A DNA stretch of 64,000 bases from NCBI GenBank assembly GCA_038999725.1, contig JAWBWS010000003.1, positions 52,565 through 116,564 on the forward strand, in the 5' to 3' direction. Source of the stretch: Candidatus Aenigmatarchaeota archaeon (GTDB taxonomy: Archaea; Aenigmatarchaeota; Aenigmatarchaeia; CG10238-14; SCSR01). Position numbers and translations under genes: made by a program. How positions within the stretch are numbered: position 1 is the stretch's first letter; each line of letters opens with the position of its first letter. The notes under the pieces were generated by a model that was given only the letters and a program-made list of their open reading frames with translations, was not told the DNA's origin and made no database searches. Shown here piece by piece: positions 58,451-64,000 of this stretch.

Positions 58451-58959
58451 ATGAAGGGAAAAAAATACGAAATTGTTGGAGAAGTGAAAGTAGCTTGGTA
58501 TAGTCAACCTTTGAAGAGAATAAGGGCTCTACGCGATATTCCTTCTTATTCAATTAGAGAAGGAGAGCTTGGTGGCTTAATAGAAAGTGAAGATAATCTT
58601 TCTCAAGATGGGAATGCATGGGTGTGTGGGGATGCATGTGTGTATGGTAGGGCAAGAGTGTCTGAGGATGCACGTGTTTTGGAGAATGCACGGGTGTCTG
58701 GGGATGCATCTGTGTTTGAGAATGCAGAAGTGTCGGGAATGCACGTGTTTTGGGGGATGCATGGGTGTTTGATAAGACAAGTGTGAGTGGTAATGTAAAG
58801 GTGAGTGGTACTACTCATATAGGGTTGCCCCTCCATATTAAAGGAGATTTTGAATTAGTGAACGAAAAACTCTACTTTCCAGAAATTCCTATTTCTACCA
58901 AAGAGGATTTAGAAAATTTTAAAAAAATGATGTTAAAAATAGCTCCTCCAAAAATTTAA
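58451..58959 (+). pseudogene. Phage-type hexapeptide-repeat (left-handed beta-helix) protein with a 1-nt frameshift at about 58734
   Basis: KKYE...RIRALRD...GELGG.IE.EDNLSQ.GNAWV.GDA.V; repeats continue in the 58750-58959 frame. Confidence 0.8.
58610..58806 (+). repeat. 11 x 18-bp degenerate tandem repeat (GRGRATGCAnnnGTnTnn)
   Basis: Units read directly; the 7th unit is 17 nt. Confidence 0.85.
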
Positions 58960-59051
58960 GTTTTTAAGTAAGGAAAATAATTTTTCAAAAAAATTTAAAT
59001 AGAAGAAGCGCAAATTATTATTATCACACTTTCAAGAGGTTATAGAAAAAG

Positions 59052-59480
59052 ATGTTTGGCCCCCATTTAACTTTAGACTTATATCATTGCAATAAGAAAA
59101 AACTTTCTGACAAAAAATTCATACTCGCTTTTCTTGAAGAATTGGCAGATGTAATTGGAATGAGGAAAATTGCCCCTCCCCAAGCAATAGAATATGAAGG
59201 AAATCCAAATTCTTTTGATGCCGGTGGCATCTCAGCCTTTCTTCTGATTGCAGAAAGCCATATAAGCATTCACACTTTTGTGAAACAAGCTTTTGCTTCG
59301 CTCGATATCTTCTCTTGCAAAGATTTTGATTTGAAAAAAACTGAGGATTTTGTGGTTAAAAAGCTTGAGCCTAAAAAAGTTGAGAGGCATTTCATCCTGA
59401 GAGGGAAAGAGTTTCCGAAAGAAGTGGAGAAAGCAAAGAAGATTGTGGCAAAAGAGAGGGAAAAAATCATTTTTTCATAA
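59052..59480 (+). CDS. speD: S-adenosylmethionine decarboxylase proenzyme (pyruvoyl type)
   Basis: G.HL..D, GIS...IAESHISIHTF, DIFSC. Confidence 0.85.
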   Translation: MFGPHLTLDLYHCNKKKLSDKKFILAFLEELADVIGMRKIAPPQAIEYEGNPNSFDAGGISAFLLIAESHISIHTFVKQAFASLDIFSCKDFDLKKTEDFVVKKLEPKKVERHFILRGKEFPKEVEKAKKIVAKEREKIIFS

Positions 59481-61338
59481 GCTTCTTCACAACTTTCATA
59501 ACAATTTGGGCTTCTATTCTTCCCCTCACCTGGCTCATCACAATACCAACAGCCTTCTCATAACTCAACCCAGGTTGAGAGGCAACTTCTTCAACAACTT
59601 TCTTGAGCTCTTCTAAACTCATTGGCCTTAAGTTTAACTCTTTTATCACATTTTGTACGCTCTCGCCAGGATAGTTTGCAATGTATTTCAAGATTTCTGG
59701 TATTGCCTCTTTTACAATTTCTCTTTTGCTTAAAGCTTCAAAAAGATCGAAAAAATGTTGTTTGGAAATCCTTTCCACATCTACCCTTTCCCTTCTTTGT
59801 AAATCCTTGAGCGTGTTGACAAAGGTGTTTGCAACAATAGAAGGAACAATTTTATATTTTTTCACCACCTCTTCAAAAAGTTCAAAATAGTTTGATTCCA
59901 AAAGTGGCTTAGCAAGCTCATCTGAAAGCTTGTATTGCTTCTTAAATCTTTCATATTTCTTCATCCATGGTTCAGGAAGCTCTTTTTTCATCTTACTCAA
60001 AAATTCTTTTTCGAGCAACACAGGTTTGACATCAGTTTCTGGGTAAAGCCTGGCAGCACTTGGTAATGGTCTTGTGAATTTTGTGATTCCTTGCTCATCT
60101 GCAGCTCTGGTTTCTTTTTCAGGACCAACTTCTAGAATTCTGTTAATCTTCTCCAAAATCTCTTCCGAGACCCTTCCTTCGGTTTTGGACTCACCTACAA
60201 GAATTATCGCATCTTGCTCTTTAGCTTTTAAAAATTCTCTTATCTTCTTGAAATCAGCTTCCACTTTGTATTTAGACAAATCTTCATCCGAATGAATTAT
60301 TCCTTCCAAACCAAAAATTTGTACAAACTCGGCCAGCTCTTTCCCAAGGGTCTTGCCTGGGAAAATTTCTCTTTTCAGATAGCCAGCAAAACCTGGAAGC
60401 CTTAAAGCAAAAACTTTTCCTCCAGTTTCAACTATAGCCCGCAATATCCTACAACTACTATCTTTTAGGAAGTTGCTGACATCAACTGGCTTGAAATTTA
60501 TCTTCTTCACACCCTTTTTTCTGAGCTCGTTTTTCATGGCAAGCAAAGAAAGTTGCCTTTTGACCTCATTTTCTATAACTTTTGAGAGCAAGCCAAGCTC
60601 TTGCACTCCTTTGATTTCGCTTCTCTCGCAACCCTTGATTGAAATGTTCAGATCTTGCCTTATTGCTCCGATTCCTCGCTTGGTTTTTCCGGTTGAGCGG
60701 CAAATCATTCCAATCTGGTAAGCTATGTCTTCTATTTCTTCCGGGCTGAAGCCTTGAATTATCCCTGTGGAAATTTCCACAAGCGGAATGCCGAGCCTGT
60801 TGAGGCGGTAAGTTACTTTGCCTTTTTCTTCTGAAACAATAGCAGCAGCATCTTCTTCCAAACTTACAGTTTTGATCTCAATTTTTCTCCCCCTGTACTT
60901 CAAGAAGCCATTCAAACCAATCACCATAGTTCTTTGAAAGCCTGAAGGGTTGCTTCCGTCTATCACAGTTTTCCTCATAACTTCAATTTCTTCGGGAATT
61001 TGGCAATTCAGCAACAAAGCAATTTGTAGAGCAATTTGCAAAGCTTCTGGGTTGATTTCATGAGGAGGCTCTTCGTCTAGCTCAACCAAGCAACTTTCGT
61101 TCTTGAAAACTTGGTAGTAAAAAGTTCTGTCTCTCAAGTACTCGTGCTGAGCTGCAATGTCTATTTCACCAAGCTCGCTTGCAACTGGATGCTGCTTTCT
61201 CATGATTATTGCTGTTGGTTCTTTCTCTTGCATTGTTGTTGAGCATGAGCAGAAAAGTTTTTCTTTAGTGTTAAGCTGCTGGTGAATCTCAAGCCCAACC
61301 TTCAAGCCAATTTTTTTGTAATTTATCTTTTCACTCAT
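59467..61338 (-). CDS. gatE: Glu-tRNA(Gln) amidotransferase subunit E
   Basis: GLEIHQQL, CLVE.DEEPP, MRK.VIDGSN.SGFQRT, RLGIPL.E, RPLP..AR.YPETD. Confidence 0.97.
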   Translation of the reverse strand: MSEKINYKKIGLKVGLEIHQQLNTKEKLFCSCSTTMQEKEPTAIIMRKQHPVASELGEIDIAAQHEYLRDRTFYYQVFKNESCLVELDEEPPHEINPEALQIALQIALLLNCQIPEEIEVMRKTVIDGSNPSGFQRTMVIGLNGFLKYRGRKIEIKTVSLEEDAAAIVSEEKGKVTYRLNRLGIPLVEISTGIIQGFSPEEIEDIAYQIGMICRSTGKTKRGIGAIRQDLNISIKGCERSEIKGVQELGLLSKVIENEVKRQLSLLAMKNELRKKGVKKINFKPVDVSNFLKDSSCRILRAIVETGGKVFALRLPGFAGYLKREIFPGKTLGKELAEFVQIFGLEGIIHSDEDLSKYKVEADFKKIREFLKAKEQDAIILVGESKTEGRVSEEILEKINRILEVGPEKETRAADEQGITKFTRPLPSAARLYPETDVKPVLLEKEFLSKMKKELPEPWMKKYERFKKQYKLSDELAKPLLESNYFELFEEVVKKYKIVPSIVANTFVNTLKDLQRRERVDVERISKQHFFDLFEALSKREIVKEAIPEILKYIANYPGESVQNVIKELNLRPMSLEELKKVVEEVASQPGLSYEKAVGIVMSQVRGRIEAQIVMKVVKKLMKK

Positions 61339-62681
61339 TTTTCACCCCTCTTTGAAATTTCGCCAGCATAATTTGTGAGCATCATTTCTTTGACTTTCTT
61401 CAAATCTTTTGTATGACCCAAAACCCAAGCAAGCTTAACAAAAGCAACTTCGGGAAGCCAGTCGCAGCCATTTCCTATAACTCCAGCCTCTTCCAAAAGT
61501 CTTCCTGTTGAATAAACTTTGAGGTTGATCCTGCCGAAGATTGTTTGTGGAGCAATGACAACAGGAATTCCTGAAGAAATTAAGCTTTTGATGGTGGGAA
61601 GCAGACTTCTAGCAAACTTATCATTGTTTGGATTGGTTGGAACATGGCCCAAGCCTGTACCTGCTAAGACTATACCTTCAAATTGCTTACCCAAGCTTTC
61701 GATGAACTCTGGCTTTATGCCTGGATAAACTTGGATTAAGCCAACATTCGGGTTGATTTTGTCATCAATCTTCAAGTTCCTCTTTCCCCTTTTCTTGAAA
61801 TCATTTCTCAGGTACTCTATTTTCTTTTCTTGATACCAGACTTTTGCAAAAGGCAATACATTGACAGACTGGAAAGCATCTCTCCTGCTTGTATGCAGCT
61901 TCCTTACTTTGGTGCCTTGGTGTAAGAAACAAAAATCGTCATTCATGCTCGCGTGCATGCAAACAGAAACCTCAGCCACCTCACTTTTGGCTGCAGCCAA
62001 GACTGAGCAAAACAAATTCATCGCATTGTCGCTGCTTCCTCTGTCGCTGCTTCTTTGGGCTCCAACCAAAACAACAGGAACTGGCAAATCTTGGAGCATA
62101 AAACTTAGGGCTGCTGAAGTATAGTGCATGGTATCTGTGCCGTGCATGAGAACAACCCCATCAGAACCAGCTTTAACCTCTTTTTCAACTTCCCTAGCTA
62201 TGAGTTGCCAATGGCTTGGTGTCATGTCTTCTGAAAACAAGTCGAAGAGTTTTCTGGCTTTTATGTTCGCTATTTCACCAATCTCGGGAAAAGCAAGAAG
62301 CAAGTCGGCAGGAGAAAAAGCAGGAAAAACAGCCCCTGTTGTGTATTCCACCCTTGAAGCTATGGTGCCCCCACAACCCAAAATCGAGACTGTTGGTTTA
62401 GCCTTATCCATTCTTGGCTTGAACTTGGCTGGCTTGAACCTTATGGGCTTTCCCTTCTTCAGGAGCTTGAGTTGCACACCCTTCTCAAACCTTATCCCTA
62501 TATTATAACCGTTGTCGAGTTTGATCACAAGAATATTTGGGTCGCCCAAGGCTATCCTTGGCATGAGCAGACCTTCGTAGCTTGTTTTACCTTTGGCAAT
62601 TCTTATCCTATCTCCAACAGAAATTCTTTTACTTTTTAGTAGTGACAAGATTTCCTGGGAGTACAAATTTTCACACTCCAT
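61335..62681 (-). CDS. gatD: Glu-tRNA(Gln) amidotransferase subunit D
   Basis: KLDNGYNIG, GGTIASR, HGTDT, GAQRSSDRGSSD, KLHTSRRDAF. Confidence 0.97.
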   Translation of the reverse strand: MECENLYSQEILSLLKSKRISVGDRIRIAKGKTSYEGLLMPRIALGDPNILVIKLDNGYNIGIRFEKGVQLKLLKKGKPIRFKPAKFKPRMDKAKPTVSILGCGGTIASRVEYTTGAVFPAFSPADLLLAFPEIGEIANIKARKLFDLFSEDMTPSHWQLIAREVEKEVKAGSDGVVLMHGTDTMHYTSAALSFMLQDLPVPVVLVGAQRSSDRGSSDNAMNLFCSVLAAAKSEVAEVSVCMHASMNDDFCFLHQGTKVRKLHTSRRDAFQSVNVLPFAKVWYQEKKIEYLRNDFKKRGKRNLKIDDKINPNVGLIQVYPGIKPEFIESLGKQFEGIVLAGTGLGHVPTNPNNDKFARSLLPTIKSLISSGIPVVIAPQTIFGRINLKVYSTGRLLEEAGVIGNGCDWLPEVAFVKLAWVLGHTKDLKKVKEMMLTNYAGEISKRGEK

Positions 62682-62824
62682 TAATTAATTGGAAGGAAGG
62701 GTATTAATTTGTTTAGGGTTTAATTTTGTTCAAAACTCCTCAATAAATTTTTTACATCAGATACAAGCTTTTGGAAAAGTGTTTGAATCAATTAAAGATA
62801 TAAGCTTTTAATTTTAGGTGTAAA

Positions 62825-62945
62825 ATGAAGTCCTAAGTGCAAAAATTTGCTTGTAATAACATGGGATTATGAGGGTGAGCTAAAAGTTAAGAATGAGAGA
62901 ATTGTTTTCAAGCCTTTGTGGAAGTGGCTTTTGGAAGAGAAATAA
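62825..62945 (+). pseudogene. Second relic of a COG1373/DUF4143-type ATPase (start codon joined to the C-terminus)
   Basis: AGGTG + ATG AAG TCC TAA, overlapping the frame KCKNLLVITWDYEGELKVKNERIVFKPLWKWLLEEK*. Confidence 0.65.
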
Positions 62946-62987
62946 CTTTGCTCAAGAAATTAACATTTTATTCAACAATTCATAATT

Positions 62988-63806
62988 ATGCCTGCTAACT
63001 TGCCTGCTGAATGGTTTGCGATTGAAAAAGAATATTTGGAAGAGAAAAACTTGGAAAAGAAAATAGAGCTCTTGAAAAAGCTCATTTCAGCAACACCAAA
63101 ACACAAAGGTACAGAGAACCTTTTAGCAGATTTAAGGAAAAGGCTTTCAAGGCTTGAAGACCAGCTTGAGAAGAAAGCTAGGAAGCCAGGTAAAAAACAA
63201 GCTTCTATCAAGAAATCTGGCGACTTGCTCGTTGCTATCTTGGGCTTGACCAAAAGCGGTAAAAGCTCTTTGCTCAATGCTTTAACAAATGCTAAAGCTG
63301 AAGTTAGCTCTTTACCATACACAACAAAAGAGCCTGTAACTGGAATTTGCTTTTTTGAAGGTGTAGCTATTCAGTTTGTTGAGATTCCTTCTTTCTTCTT
63401 GCCTAAGCACATGAGCTTAGCTCATGCTTCTGACTTGCTTTTGATTTTGGCTAACAGCGAGGGAGAAAAAGCTGAAGTTGAGAGAATTCTTTCTGAGCAA
63501 AAAATAGAGAAAAAGAAAGTTTTTTGGTCAATTGATAGAAAAGATTACGAGCAACTGCTTAAGAAGATAATAGAGGAAGCTGAAATTGTGAGGGTTTTCA
63601 CTAAACCAATAGGAAAGCCTAAGGAAGAAAAGGCTTTGGTTTTGAAGAAAGGGAGTAGCTTGAAAGATTTGATTGAAAAGATAAACAAGAACTGGATAAA
63701 AAGCTTCAAGTTTGCAAGAATTTTTGATGAAACTGAATTTTCTGGTAGAAGAGTGGGGCTGAATTATTTGCTTAAGGATAGAGATGTGGTTGAGTTGCAT
63801 GTGTGA
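62988..63806 (+). CDS. DRG/OBG-family GTPase-like protein with a TGS domain (shortened, degenerate G3/G4)
   Basis: MPANLP, PKHKGTE, GLTKSGKS, YTT, C-terminal VG..Y.L.D.DVVE. Confidence 0.85.
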   Translation: MPANLPAEWFAIEKEYLEEKNLEKKIELLKKLISATPKHKGTENLLADLRKRLSRLEDQLEKKARKPGKKQASIKKSGDLLVAILGLTKSGKSSLLNALTNAKAEVSSLPYTTKEPVTGICFFEGVAIQFVEIPSFFLPKHMSLAHASDLLLILANSEGEKAEVERILSEQKIEKKKVFWSIDRKDYEQLLKKIIEEAEIVRVFTKPIGKPKEEKALVLKKGSSLKDLIEKINKNWIKSFKFARIFDETEFSGRRVGLNYLLKDRDVVELHV

Positions 63807-63917
63807 AATTTTCTTAAACTTCTTTCAAGAATTGAAATGTATATCTTGTCGCCACTGAAAGTGGTAGCTTAATTTTATATGCTGCTCTTGAAAATTAATA
63901 ACTGAAAGGTGATAACA

Positions 63918-64000
63918 ATGATAGATTTAGTTTCGATAGCAAGCTTCATGTTCTACTCAGGCTTGGGAGCAATCACAGGAACTTTATTCGGAATTTACAA
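63918..64000 (+). CDS. Partial membrane protein (runs off the window edge)
   Basis: AGGTGA RBS; MIDLVSIASFMFYSGLGAITGTLFGIY. Confidence 0.55.
   Translation, partial: MIDLVSIASFMFYSGLGAITGTLFGIY

Noticed and set aside
58610..58806. Tandem repeats considered as a CRISPR array
   Set aside because: The units are contiguous, degenerate 18-mers with codon periodicity and no spacers; no cas genes are in the window
59052..59480. SpeD without an adjacent spermidine synthase, read as arginine decarboxylase
   Set aside because: The paralogues cannot be distinguished by eye, and the partner gene may lie elsewhere
2311..63800. Many antisense or alternate-frame ORFs in the track (e.g. 16229-16825, 26520-26993, 13178-13645, 51576-52022)
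   Set aside because: They are shadows of confidently identified genes, with Phe/Ser/Leu-rich antisense composition and no motifs

Overview
AT-rich, gene-dense archaeal chromosomal window. A fused PriS-PriL primase points to DPANN; Aenigmarchaeota-like is an inference only. From left to right it holds: the edge of a glycosyltransferase cluster; a Zn-ribbon/Hsp20-CS gene coupled to TIP49; a replication/translation cluster (TFS, RPA-like, PCNA, L40e, primase, GINS, L44e, S27e); MgtE, RtcA, enolase and apgM; a beta-CASP nuclease; TyrRS and SerRS; the S10/spc ribosomal superoperon, split into two divergent halves with inserted genes and with adk and cmk missing; two intron-containing tRNAs (Gly-TCC with a T-loop intron, Ser-TGA with a 12-nt intron); a divergent DNA-repair island (DUF72-AAG-UDG <> Lhr-Sm-like-MPE); MtaB, SpeD, GatDE and a degenerate DRG/TGS GTPase. 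Reading by hand added small ORFs below the ORF-track cutoff (half-SWIB protein, L40e, S14, a C2HC Zn-finger, an Sm-like protein) and several gene relics. The best leads for a new system are a possible proto-R2TP pair (PIH1-like CS protein + TIP49) with a divergent half-SWIB microprotein, the Lhr repair island, and paired winged-helix relics in front of two aminoacyl-tRNA synthetases. No rRNA, CRISPR array or intact transposase/integrase was seen. All family calls come from motif recognition, not database searches.
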